60,403 nucleotides of DNA from assembly GCA_964550085.1 (NCBI GenBank), contig CAZJXR010000002.1:1-60403 (forward strand). Direction: 5' to 3'. The position numbers and the translations under genes were made by a program. The notes beneath the pieces are model-generated. The model saw only the letters and a program-made list of their open reading frames with translations, ran no database searches and had not been told where the DNA came from. The stretch is from an uncultured Gemmatimonadota bacterium (lineage in GTDB: Bacteria; Gemmatimonadota; Gemmatimonadetes; Palauibacterales; Palauibacteraceae). Below are positions 30,662 through 38,854 of the stretch, piece after piece. The number at the start of each line of letters is the position of its first letter. The first letter of the stretch is position 1.

Positions 30662-31318
30662 TCAATCGGTGACGACGGTCGCGCGCTCGATCACGATCGG
30701 CGCCACCGGAACGTCCTCCATGACGTCCCTGACACCGGTCGGCACCATCGAGATCGAGTCGACGACGTCGATGCCTTCCCGCACTCTTCCAAACACGGTA
30801 TATCCCCAGCCGTCCGGCCGGCCGCGCTTGTAGTCGAGCGAGGGATTGTCGAACACGTTGATGTAGAACTGCGACGAGGCCGAATGCGGATCGGGCAGAC
30901 GCGCCATGGCGACCGTCCCGCGCGTGTTGCTGAGCCCGTTGTCCGACTCGTTGGGAATCGGTGCTCGGGTCGGTCGTCGTGTCATTTCGACGTCGAATCC
31001 GCCCGCCTGGATCATGAACTCGGGGATGACGCGGTGGAATATGAGCCCGTCGTAGAATCCGTCCTGCACGTACTGCAGGAAGTTCTCGACCGAGGCCGGC
31101 GCCGCCCACGGATAGAGTTCGATCAGCAGCCGTCCGGCCGTCGTCTCCACCACCACCAGTGGCGTGTCTGCCGGCGCCGTCATCATCTGTCCCCTGCGTT
31201 CGCTTTCGACCGACTCGCCCGCCGTGCAGGACGCAGCGACCGCGGCGGCGGCAAACGCCACCCCGGTGCGACGAACTCCGGACAGCCTCGACGGCAGTCT
31301 GCGGGTCGGTTGGCTCAT
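30662..31318 (-). CDS. peptidyl-prolyl cis-trans isomerase, cyclophilin type, secreted/lipoprotein
   Basis: Start ATG 31318 with signal/lipobox (AAAVAASC). NF..YV..GFYDGLIFHRVIPEFMIQAGG and GTVAMAR......SQFYIN. The track ORF to 32161 is over-extended. Confidence 0.9.
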   Translation of the reverse strand: MSQPTRRLPSRLSGVRRTGVAFAAAAVAASCTAGESVESERRGQMMTAPADTPLVVVETTAGRLLIELYPWAAPASVENFLQYVQDGFYDGLIFHRVIPEFMIQAGGFDVEMTRRPTRAPIPNESDNGLSNTRGTVAMARLPDPHSASSQFYINVFDNPSLDYKRGRPDGWGYTVFGRVREGIDVVDSISMVPTGVRDVMEDVPVAPIVIERATVVTD

Positions 31319-31386
31319 GTTGTCGGCGGGCGTTGCTCCACCAGGTCCCCGGAGATCGGAATCGCCTCCGTGCCCATTGTCGACCC

Positions 31387-32118
31387 TCAATCCTGTTTCC
31401 GCAACCGAATCTCGTCCAGTTGCTTCCGGATCCGGTCCATGACGTGATCGACCACCTCCTGCGCCGTCTCCTTCGACCGCGGGCGGTCGAGGAACTCCGA
31501 ATAGTCGACCGGCTCGCCGTAGTAGACGGTCACTCGCTTGAAGGGACGTACCATCCGAGCTCCGATCGGCAACACCTCTGCCATCCCATCGATCGCCACC
31601 GGGATGACGGTGGGCCGACATCCGAGGATGAGAAGTCCCGCGCCGGCCCGGCCGGGTCCAACGCTCCCATCGCGCGTTCGCGTTCCTTCGGGAAACAGGG
31701 TCATCACTCCTTCGCGCAGCGCCTCCATCATCCGGTGGAGGGCGCGGAGGTCCCGCCGGCCTTCGCGGACCGGAATGCACTTCCACTGGTCGGAAAACCA
31801 GGCGAGAATCGGGTTGGAGTAGAAGTTCTCGCGCGCAGCGGGATTCCACGGGATGAGGTGGGTCTTCCACCACGCTTGGGGGTAGAACGCACACAACCCG
31901 ACCAGAAAGCTGTCGACCATCGATTGATGATTGGAGAGCAGGAGCGTATTCCTTCGATGCGCGACGTGGCTGCGTCCGATGACTCGCGTGCGGTTGAGCG
32001 CGAAGAAGAACACACCCCACAGCGTCACCGTGATCATCGTGATGATGTAGCGGGTGACAGGCCAGAAGAAGTTGAACAGCCTGCCCTTGTGATCCGCCGT
32101 GTAAGCGGTCGACATCAT
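31387..32118 (-). CDS. plsC: 1-acyl-sn-glycerol-3-phosphate acyltransferase family protein
   Basis: Start ATGATG 32118 with an N-terminal TM helix. SNHQSMVDS (HX4D acyltransferase motif) and LFPEGTRTRDG. The track ORF to 33018 is over-extended. Confidence 0.85.
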   Translation of the reverse strand: MMSTAYTADHKGRLFNFFWPVTRYIITMITVTLWGVFFFALNRTRVIGRSHVAHRRNTLLLSNHQSMVDSFLVGLCAFYPQAWWKTHLIPWNPAARENFYSNPILAWFSDQWKCIPVREGRRDLRALHRMMEALREGVMTLFPEGTRTRDGSVGPGRAGAGLLILGCRPTVIPVAIDGMAEVLPIGARMVRPFKRVTVYYGEPVDYSEFLDRPRSKETAQEVVDHVMDRIRKQLDEIRLRKQD

Positions 32119-32265
32119 GTTCTCTCGGTTTCGCGCGGCGTTCGGGTGGCCGGAGAGCCATGCGGGGCTAATATCGGACCAGGCTCGCACGCCGGCCACC
32201 GGCACGTGCGTGAGCTCCGGTTCGCCGAGCGCGGGCCGCGTGCAGAGACCTGGTGAGCAGCAACG

Positions 32266-33246
32266 ATGAGACAAAGTCGGCATCGCGCCAGCGGCAGCGC
32301 CGCACTGATCGCGGTCCTGTCGACAGTCGGGAGCCCGGGGTCGGCGGCAGCCCAAGCCGACGGCCGCGAGGTGGTGTTGGCCGGAAGCCTCGTCTCGCAT
32401 CGGTCCGGACCGCTCTTTTTCGACTACGAGATGCTGGCCTTCCGCGGTCCGGGAACCGAGACGGAGGTGGTTCTGGCGCTCAGCGTCGACGGCTCGCGAG
32501 TGAGCCCGGCGGTCACTTCCCGCGGTTGGGAATACGGCCTCCGGGCGCGGGTCGAGCTCGAGCAGGACGGGGGGCCCGCGGCGCGCGCCGTCTCCGCCGC
32601 GCGACTCGTGTGCACGGGCCGCCTGGAGGCCGCCCACGGGGTGCCGCTCTATCTCCAACTCCGTTCCCGACCCGGCCGCTACGCGTTTCGGCTCGAGGTC
32701 GCGGACCTCTACCGCCAGCGGGGAAAGGCGCACAGCGTGGCGGAGGGCACGCTGATCATGCCCGGATTCGACACGCCGGGACCGGTGATCACCGCCCTGG
32801 CCCTGGCCAGCGACAGCGCCGACGTGCGGCGCGCGGGACCGGCCGGCGCGCTGCTGCTCAACCCGACGCACCTGGCGGTGCCGGGAGTCCCGCCGCTGAT
32901 CTACTTCGAGGTGTACGGGCTCCAGCCCGGTGCGGCGTTCGTTACCGACCTCACCCTTGCCCCGACCCGGGCGGGTGGGGCGCTCGACCGACTCCTCCGT
33001 GGACCTCCCCGGGCCCACACGATCCGGTACGAGGAACAGGCGCCGAGCGGTGCGGAGCCCGTCCGCAAGACGTTGCGGCTGGTGTTCGAACAGCTGCGGC
33101 CTGGCCCATACCGGATCACCGCTGTAGTCACCGATGCGGCCACCGGGCGGCGGAGTTTACCGGCGACAACCACCATCCGCTTTCTCGACCGTGAGGCATC
33201 GGCGTTCCACGCCGTTTCCTGCCAAGAGCGGGACGAATCCTCCTGA
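32266..33246 (+). CDS. secreted hypothetical protein (two beta-sandwich-like repeats)
   Basis: Signal peptide (SAALIAVLSTVGSPGSAAAQ). Two internally similar segments end in GRYAFRLEVADL... and GPYRITAVVTDAATGRR....TTIRF. No catalytic motif recognised. Confidence 0.55.
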   Translation: MRQSRHRASGSAALIAVLSTVGSPGSAAAQADGREVVLAGSLVSHRSGPLFFDYEMLAFRGPGTETEVVLALSVDGSRVSPAVTSRGWEYGLRARVELEQDGGPAARAVSAARLVCTGRLEAAHGVPLYLQLRSRPGRYAFRLEVADLYRQRGKAHSVAEGTLIMPGFDTPGPVITALALASDSADVRRAGPAGALLLNPTHLAVPGVPPLIYFEVYGLQPGAAFVTDLTLAPTRAGGALDRLLRGPPRAHTIRYEEQAPSGAEPVRKTLRLVFEQLRPGPYRITAVVTDAATGRRSLPATTTIRFLDREASAFHAVSCQERDESS

Positions 33247-33337
33247 CACCACCGGCTACCTCGCCCCACGGTCCCGAGCGCGCTAGCTTGGCGACTGAGT
33301 ACCTGCCTCGAGATGGATAGAATCATTCGCTCGGTTC

Positions 33338-33375
33338 CTGGTTTGCTCGTATTCGGCTGGTTTGCTCGTGTCCGG
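33338..33375 (+). repeat. 19-nt tandem direct repeat upstream of the S46 peptidase gene
   Basis: CTGGTTTGCTCGTATTCGG / CTGGTTTGCTCGTGTCCGG (17/19 identical; perfect 13-nt core CTGGTTTGCTCGT x2), ending 42 nt before ATG 33417. Confidence 0.8.
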
Positions 33376-33416
33376 CACCGCCGGCCAACGTTCGGGCCCT
33401 TTGTGGAGCACGATCC

Positions 33417-35675
33417 ATGAAAACGCGCACTGCTCGCCGTCTTCTCCCGGCTCTCCTCCTGGGGCTGTCCGCCTGCGCATCGGCTGGCAGCTCGGAGCCG
33501 GCCAACGCCCCCGCCGCCCCCCCTCCCGGCGCACCGCCGACCCCCGCGATCACACCGACGACGCCCCCGCCCGCGCCGGCCAGCCCGGACCTGGCGCCGC
33601 CGGCAGCCGCGCTGCGCACCGCCGACCACGTGGAGCTCACCGGTCTGGAGCTCGGGACGATGTGGACGTTCGAGAATCCGCCGCTCGACTATTGGCAGCG
33701 GGCGTATGGGTTCGTCGCCACCCCGAACTGGCTCGAGCATGTCCGACTCGCTTCGGTCCGCTACGCGACCTTCTGCTCGGCGTCGTTCGTGTCCGGCCAC
33801 GGCCTCGCGATGACGAACCACCACTGTGCACGTTCCTGCGTGGACGCGATATCGAGCGCGGAGCGCGACTATGTCAGGGACGGGTTCAAGGCCGAGGCGG
33901 AGGGCGATGAACTCCTATGCCCGGGCGTGTTTCTCGACCAGCTGATCGCGATCGAGGACGTGACGGCCCGCGTGCAGGGAGCGGGGCGGGCCGGCGCCAC
34001 CGGCGCCGAGGTGGCGGCGGCGCAGCAAGCAATGATCGATGAGATCGAGGCCGGGTGCGAGGCGACCACGAGCGACGTGTGCCAGGTAGTGTCCCTGTTT
34101 CACGGCGGGCAGTATCAGCTCTACACTTACCGGCGCTATGAGCCGGTCAAGCTGGTGTTTGCGCCGGAGCTCCAAGCCGGCTTCTTCGGCGGCGACCCGG
34201 ACAACTTCACCTACCCACGCTACGCGCTCGATGTGTCGTTCGTGCGCGCGTACGAGGCGGACAGCACGACCCCGGCCACGACTCCCCATCATTTCGCCTG
34301 GAGCGCCGGCGGGGCGCGAGAGGGCGATCTTACCTTCATCACGGGGAACCCTGGCGGCACGGACCGCCAGGCGACCGTGGCGCAGCTGATGTACGAAGCC
34401 CGGGCACGCCACCCGTTCATCGTCGACATGCTCGCCGGACGCGCCGAGGTGCTGCACGCGTACGCGGCCCGCGGTCCGGAGGAAGAGCGCGCCGTGCGCG
34501 GACAGATCTTCGGCGTCGAGAACAGTCTCAAAGCGTACACCGGCCAGCTGGGAGGCCTGCGCGACACGCTGCTCATGGGTCGCAAGATCAAGTGGGAGAG
34601 CGGATTTCAGCAGGCGGTCGGCGCGGACCCGAACCTGGAGTCGGTATACGGGGAGGTATGGGCGCGGCTGGCGGCGGTGGCGGCCGAGAAGGCGGGCCTG
34701 TATGCGAAGCTCAACCTGTACAATCCGAGCATGTACATTCCAGCTCCCCAGCTACAGCTCGCGGGAACGCTTGTACGTTACGTCGATCAGTTGCAGCGGC
34801 CGGCTGCGGAGCGGGACCCGGCCTTTCAGGGCGAGGCGCTGGCGCAACTCGAAGCGCGACTGCGGGGGCCCTCCGATGTCGACGTCGAGCTCGGCACCGC
34901 GCTGCTGGCGGCCCGACTGGAGCTGGCCACCAAGTGGCTGCCCCCGGGCGACATTCTGTTGACGACCGCCCTGCGTGCGGGTGAGACCCCGGAAGAGGCG
35001 GCGCGCCGTCTGGTGAGCGAGTCAGCGATCGGAGACGCGACTTTCCGGGCCCAGATGCTGGACGGCGGAAGCGCGGCAGTGGCGGCATCCGACGACCCGC
35101 TGGTGGCTCTGGCCCGCGTGCTCGAGCCGCAGTACCAGAAGGTCGCCGCACGCTGGGGGGAGCTGGGAGCCACGGAGACCGTCCAGGAGGAACAGCTGGC
35201 GAACGCTCTGTTCGCCGTGTTCGGGACCGACCTGCCGCCCGACGCCACCTTCACCCTCCGCATCTCGGACGGAGTGGTCAAGCGCTACCCCTACAACGGC
35301 ACCTTCGCTCCGCCCGTGACCACCATCGCCGGCATGTACGCGCGGGCCGCGGAGTTCTCCAACCAGATGCCCTGGACGCTGCCCGGATCGTTCGTGGACC
35401 GCCAGGCGCACGTCCGCATGGAGACGCCGTTCAACTTCGTGTCGACGAACGACATCACGGGCGGCAACAGCGGCAGCCCCATGATCAACCGCGATGCCGA
35501 GATCGTCGGCATCGCCTTCGATGGGAACATCGAACAGTTGCCCAACGAGTTCCTCTTTTCGACCACTGCCGGACGCACGGTCAGCGTTCACTCCGCCGGC
35601 ATCATCGAGCTCCTCGGCTCGGTGTACGGGGCGGATGCGTTGGTGGCCGAGCTGCGGAGCCAGGCCGACGACTGA
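33417..35675 (+). CDS. S46-family dipeptidyl-peptidase (DPP7/DPP11-like serine peptidase), lipoprotein
   Basis: Lipobox LLGLSAC. MWTFENPP, SASFVSGHGLAMTNHHC (catalytic His), NDITGGNSGSPMINRDAEIVGIAFDGN (catalytic Ser). 752 aa, typical for the family. Confidence 0.9.
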   Translation: MKTRTARRLLPALLLGLSACASAGSSEPANAPAAPPPGAPPTPAITPTTPPPAPASPDLAPPAAALRTADHVELTGLELGTMWTFENPPLDYWQRAYGFVATPNWLEHVRLASVRYATFCSASFVSGHGLAMTNHHCARSCVDAISSAERDYVRDGFKAEAEGDELLCPGVFLDQLIAIEDVTARVQGAGRAGATGAEVAAAQQAMIDEIEAGCEATTSDVCQVVSLFHGGQYQLYTYRRYEPVKLVFAPELQAGFFGGDPDNFTYPRYALDVSFVRAYEADSTTPATTPHHFAWSAGGAREGDLTFITGNPGGTDRQATVAQLMYEARARHPFIVDMLAGRAEVLHAYAARGPEEERAVRGQIFGVENSLKAYTGQLGGLRDTLLMGRKIKWESGFQQAVGADPNLESVYGEVWARLAAVAAEKAGLYAKLNLYNPSMYIPAPQLQLAGTLVRYVDQLQRPAAERDPAFQGEALAQLEARLRGPSDVDVELGTALLAARLELATKWLPPGDILLTTALRAGETPEEAARRLVSESAIGDATFRAQMLDGGSAAVAASDDPLVALARVLEPQYQKVAARWGELGATETVQEEQLANALFAVFGTDLPPDATFTLRISDGVVKRYPYNGTFAPPVTTIAGMYARAAEFSNQMPWTLPGSFVDRQAHVRMETPFNFVSTNDITGGNSGSPMINRDAEIVGIAFDGNIEQLPNEFLFSTTAGRTVSVHSAGIIELLGSVYGADALVAELRSQADD

Positions 35676-35700
35676 GGGGCGAGGCCGACGACTGAGGGGC
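35662..35700 (+). repeat. 20-nt tandem duplication spanning the S46 peptidase stop codon
   Basis: cAGGCCGACGACTGAGGGGC / gAGGCCGACGACTGAGGGGC (35661-35680 / 35681-35700). The TGA at 35673-35675 is duplicated at 35693-35695. Confidence 0.85.
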
Positions 35701-35764
35701 CGCACGCAGAGTGTGGGCGCGGCCGTTTGTCGCGCGCTCCAGTAAGACGCCCGGTTGTGCGCGC

Positions 35765-38083
35765 TCAGTCGGAGGCAGGAGCGATGTTCACGGCGCAGAA
35801 CTTGAACTCGGGGATCTTGCCGTATGGATCGAGCGCATCGGTGGTGAGCAGGTTGGCCGCCGCTTCGCGGAAGTGGAACGGGATGAACACCGAGCCGGAC
35901 TGAATCCGGCTCGAGCTCTTCGCCCGCAACCGGATCTCACCCCGTCGTGACGCGACTCGTACCATCGCACCATCGGCGATTCCGAGCCGCGCCAGATCGG
36001 CCGGATTCACATCCACCATCGGCTCGGGCTGAATGGCGTCCAGGGCGCGGGCCCGACGGGTCATGGTGCCCGTGTGCCAGTGCTCGAGCAGACGACCCGT
36101 ATTGAGCACGAAGGGGTAGATATCGTCCGGCAGCTCGTCGGCCGGCGCGAACGCGGCCGGCACGAACCGCCCCCGCCCGCTTTCGGTCGGAAAGCGATCC
36201 CCGAACAGGATCTGCACTCCATCCGTGTCGATGTCCGGACAGGGCCACAGCTTGCCGGTGAGGCCGAGGGTGTCGTACGTGAGGCCGCCATACGACGGCG
36301 CCAGCGCCGTGAACTCGTCGAACACTTGCTCGGGTGACCGGTAGTCCATCGGATAGCCGAATCGGGTCGCCAACTCGCAGGTGATCCACCAATCGGCCCG
36401 CGCCTCGCCCGGCGGCTCGAGCACGGGCCGCGCGACCTGCACCCGCCGATCGGTGTTCGTGTAGGTCCCCGGCTTCTCGAAGAAGCTGGTGGCCGGTAAG
36501 ATCACATCGGCGAACTCGGCCGTCTCGGTGAGGAAGATGTCCTGCACGACCAGGAACTCGAGGTTGGCGAGCGCCTTGCGGACCTTGTTGACGTTGGGAT
36601 CGGACAGAAACGGGTTCTCTCCCATCATGTACATGCCGCGGATGGAGCCGTTGAGCGCGCCGACCATGATCTCGACCACGGTCAGGCCCGGAACCGGATC
36701 CAGCTCCACTCCCCACGCCGCCTCGAACTTCGCCCGTACTTCCGGATCGGCCACGTTCTGATAGTCGGGGTAGACCATCGGGATCAATCCGGCATCGGAG
36801 GCGCCCTGCACGTTGTTCTGGCCCCGCAGGGGATGCAGCCCGGTCCCCTCCCGCCCCACGTTTCCCGTCAGCAGCGCGAGCGAGATGAGACAGCGAGCAT
36901 TGTCGGTGCCGTGCGTGTGCTGCGAGATGCCCATGCCCCAGAAGATGAGCGCCGCCTTTGCCCGTCCGAAGGTGCGTGCCGCCTCCCGGATCGCCTCCGC
37001 GTCGATGCCGCAGATGGCGGCAGCCGTTTCCGGAGCATAGGCCGCAACCACCTTCTTGAGCTCCTCGAATCCCTCGGTACGATCACGAACGAACCTCTCG
37101 TCGACCAGATCCTCCTCGATCAACACGTGCATCCAGGCGTTGTACAGCGCGACGTCGGTGCCCGGGCGGATCTGGAGGAAGATATCGGCGTTGTCGGCCA
37201 TCTCGATCCGGCGGGGCTCGACGACGATCAACTTCGTGCGTCCAGACTTCTGTGCCTGCTTGATGAAGGTGGCGGCCACGGGGTGGTTTGCGGTAGCGTT
37301 GGAGCCGGTAACCAGAGCCACGTCGGAGTTCTTCACGTCTGCGAACACGTTGGTCACCGCCCCCGAGCCAATCGTCTCGAGCAGCGCGGCCACAGAGGAG
37401 GCGTGACAGAGGCGGGTGCAGTGGTCCACGTTGTTGGTCCCGAACCCGGCCCGGATGAGCTTCTGGAACAGATACGCCTCTTCGTTGCTGCATTTGGCGC
37501 TCCCGAATCCGGCTAGCGCCGCCGGACCATGCTCGTCTCTTATCGCGCGCAGCCGGCGCGCGGCGAGGTCGAGGGCCTCGTCCCACGAGGCCTGGCGAAA
37601 ATGCGGCAGCACTTCGTCGTAATCGACCAGCCCACCCGGGCGACGCTTTTCATCTTCTCCCTTCACGGCCGCCGACAGCGGGCCCTTCGGGTAGGCGGCC
37701 TCGACCCGGATCAGGGGGACGGTGAGTCGCTGCGGGTGCATCGCGTAGTCGAACCCGAACCGCCCTTTAACGCACAGGCGCTGCTCGTTCACCGGGCTGT
37801 CGCGCCCATCCGCGTACACGATCCGGCCCCGGCGGTCGTCGCGGAAATAACTGATCGCGCACCCCACCCCGCAGTAGGGGCAGACCGAGTCGACCCGGGT
37901 GAGCGGCTTCATGCCCGCACCGCCATCGAGCAGCGCCAACAGCTCCGTCCTCCGCTCCTCGATCGCCTGCCGCAGGTCGGCGGTGAGCGCCCCCGCCGGA
38001 TCGCGGAGCGCGATGCGCCCGTTGTGGGGACGCAGCTCCACCCCGCGTGTCCTCAGCTCCTCCAGCAGTGTCGCCGCCGTCAT
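35765..38083 (-). CDS. fdsA: formate dehydrogenase alpha subunit, molybdopterin (Mo-bisPGD) catalytic half, Cys-type, with TubC-N-like N-terminal segment
   Basis: ATG 38083 overlaps the upstream stop (ATGA). VCPYCGVGC Mo-domain [4Fe-4S] motif. HCTRLCHASSV active site (Cys-His where Sec-His occurs in Sec enzymes). Continuous 772-aa ORF with a C-terminal molydop-binding barrel (NPAD...G..V.V.S.RG). Confidence 0.9.
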   Translation of the reverse strand: MTAATLLEELRTRGVELRPHNGRIALRDPAGALTADLRQAIEERRTELLALLDGGAGMKPLTRVDSVCPYCGVGCAISYFRDDRRGRIVYADGRDSPVNEQRLCVKGRFGFDYAMHPQRLTVPLIRVEAAYPKGPLSAAVKGEDEKRRPGGLVDYDEVLPHFRQASWDEALDLAARRLRAIRDEHGPAALAGFGSAKCSNEEAYLFQKLIRAGFGTNNVDHCTRLCHASSVAALLETIGSGAVTNVFADVKNSDVALVTGSNATANHPVAATFIKQAQKSGRTKLIVVEPRRIEMADNADIFLQIRPGTDVALYNAWMHVLIEEDLVDERFVRDRTEGFEELKKVVAAYAPETAAAICGIDAEAIREAARTFGRAKAALIFWGMGISQHTHGTDNARCLISLALLTGNVGREGTGLHPLRGQNNVQGASDAGLIPMVYPDYQNVADPEVRAKFEAAWGVELDPVPGLTVVEIMVGALNGSIRGMYMMGENPFLSDPNVNKVRKALANLEFLVVQDIFLTETAEFADVILPATSFFEKPGTYTNTDRRVQVARPVLEPPGEARADWWITCELATRFGYPMDYRSPEQVFDEFTALAPSYGGLTYDTLGLTGKLWPCPDIDTDGVQILFGDRFPTESGRGRFVPAAFAPADELPDDIYPFVLNTGRLLEHWHTGTMTRRARALDAIQPEPMVDVNPADLARLGIADGAMVRVASRRGEIRLRAKSSSRIQSGSVFIPFHFREAAANLLTTDALDPYGKIPEFKFCAVNIAPASD

Positions 38084-38850
38084 ACAAGCTCCCATCCGTC
38101 AGTTGCCGCCCCCGCGCCGAGCTCGGACGATGGGGCGAGCCACAGGGCTCCCGTCGGACACACCTTCTCGCACTCACCACACGATACGCAGCTGCTCCCG
38201 CCCATCGGGTCGTCGAGGTCGAATCCGATCCGCGTCCGATACCCCTTCCCGGTTCGACCGATCACTTCGTTGACCTGGACGTCATCGCAGGCGCGGATGC
38301 AGCGATCGCACAGGATACATGCCTGATGGTCCACGTGGATCACGGGCGAGGAAACGTCGAGCGGTCGGCCGTTACCGGGCTCGAGGCCGCCGGTGGCTCG
38401 TGTCCGACCGGCGGTATTCCCCGCTCCTGGCCGCCGCGCCTCGACGTCATCCGGCTGCCCCGGCGGCCATTCGATACCGTACGCGCCCGCCTGATCGAGA
38501 AGCAGGTCGCGCCCTGTTTTCAGTCGGCCCACCGCGTCGACCGGGTAGTCGGACAACAGGAGCTCCAGCAGACCGGTCCGGCATGCCTGGAGTCGCGGAG
38601 TCTCCGTGCGCACCTTCATGTCCGGCTCCACCTCGCGCACGCACGACGCGGTCAGCTTTTTTTCTCCGACATCGACCAGACACAGTCGACACACACCGAC
38701 CGGCGGCAGGCGTGGATCGTGGCACAACACGGGAATGTCGATCCCGACCGCTTGCGCGGCCTCCCAGATCGTCGTTCCCTGCTCGACGTCGACCGGACGA
38801 TCATCGATCGTCAGGCTGACCCGCTCCCGGCCCATGCCTCCGCCGCTCAT
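38080..38850 (-). CDS. formate dehydrogenase alpha subunit, NuoG-like Fe-S half ([2Fe-2S] + 2x[4Fe-4S])
   Basis: LTIDDRPV...G.TI.EAA...GI.IP.LCH.......GVCRLCLV.......SC ([2Fe-2S]), CILCDRCIRAC and CVSCGECEKVCPTGAL (two ferredoxin-type [4Fe-4S]). Separate 256-aa ORF. Confidence 0.85.
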   Translation of the reverse strand: MSGGGMGRERVSLTIDDRPVDVEQGTTIWEAAQAVGIDIPVLCHDPRLPPVGVCRLCLVDVGEKKLTASCVREVEPDMKVRTETPRLQACRTGLLELLLSDYPVDAVGRLKTGRDLLLDQAGAYGIEWPPGQPDDVEARRPGAGNTAGRTRATGGLEPGNGRPLDVSSPVIHVDHQACILCDRCIRACDDVQVNEVIGRTGKGYRTRIGFDLDDPMGGSSCVSCGECEKVCPTGALWLAPSSELGAGAATDGWELV

Positions 38851-38854
38851 GACA

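Noticed and set aside
31319-33018. Very long N-terminal extensions of the cyclophilin (ORF to 32161) and PlsC-like (ORF to 33018) genes
   Set aside because: The extensions run through neighbouring genes and are low-complexity Arg/Pro/Gly. Internal ATGs (31318, 32118) give normal-length proteins with a signal peptide or TM helix.
35765-38083. Possible in-frame UGA selenocysteine in the formate dehydrogenase
   Set aside because: The ORF is uninterrupted, and the active-site position reads Cys-His (TRLCHASS). It is therefore a Cys-type enzyme, and no SECIS-like requirement arises.
38060-38110. Split FDH alpha as a simple frameshift pseudogene
   Set aside because: This cannot be excluded without reads. 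However, both halves are full length with intact motifs, the junction is a clean ATGA overlap, and ~55 extra well-formed codons separate the modules. That is more than a single indel would create, so I kept it as a finding with this caveat.
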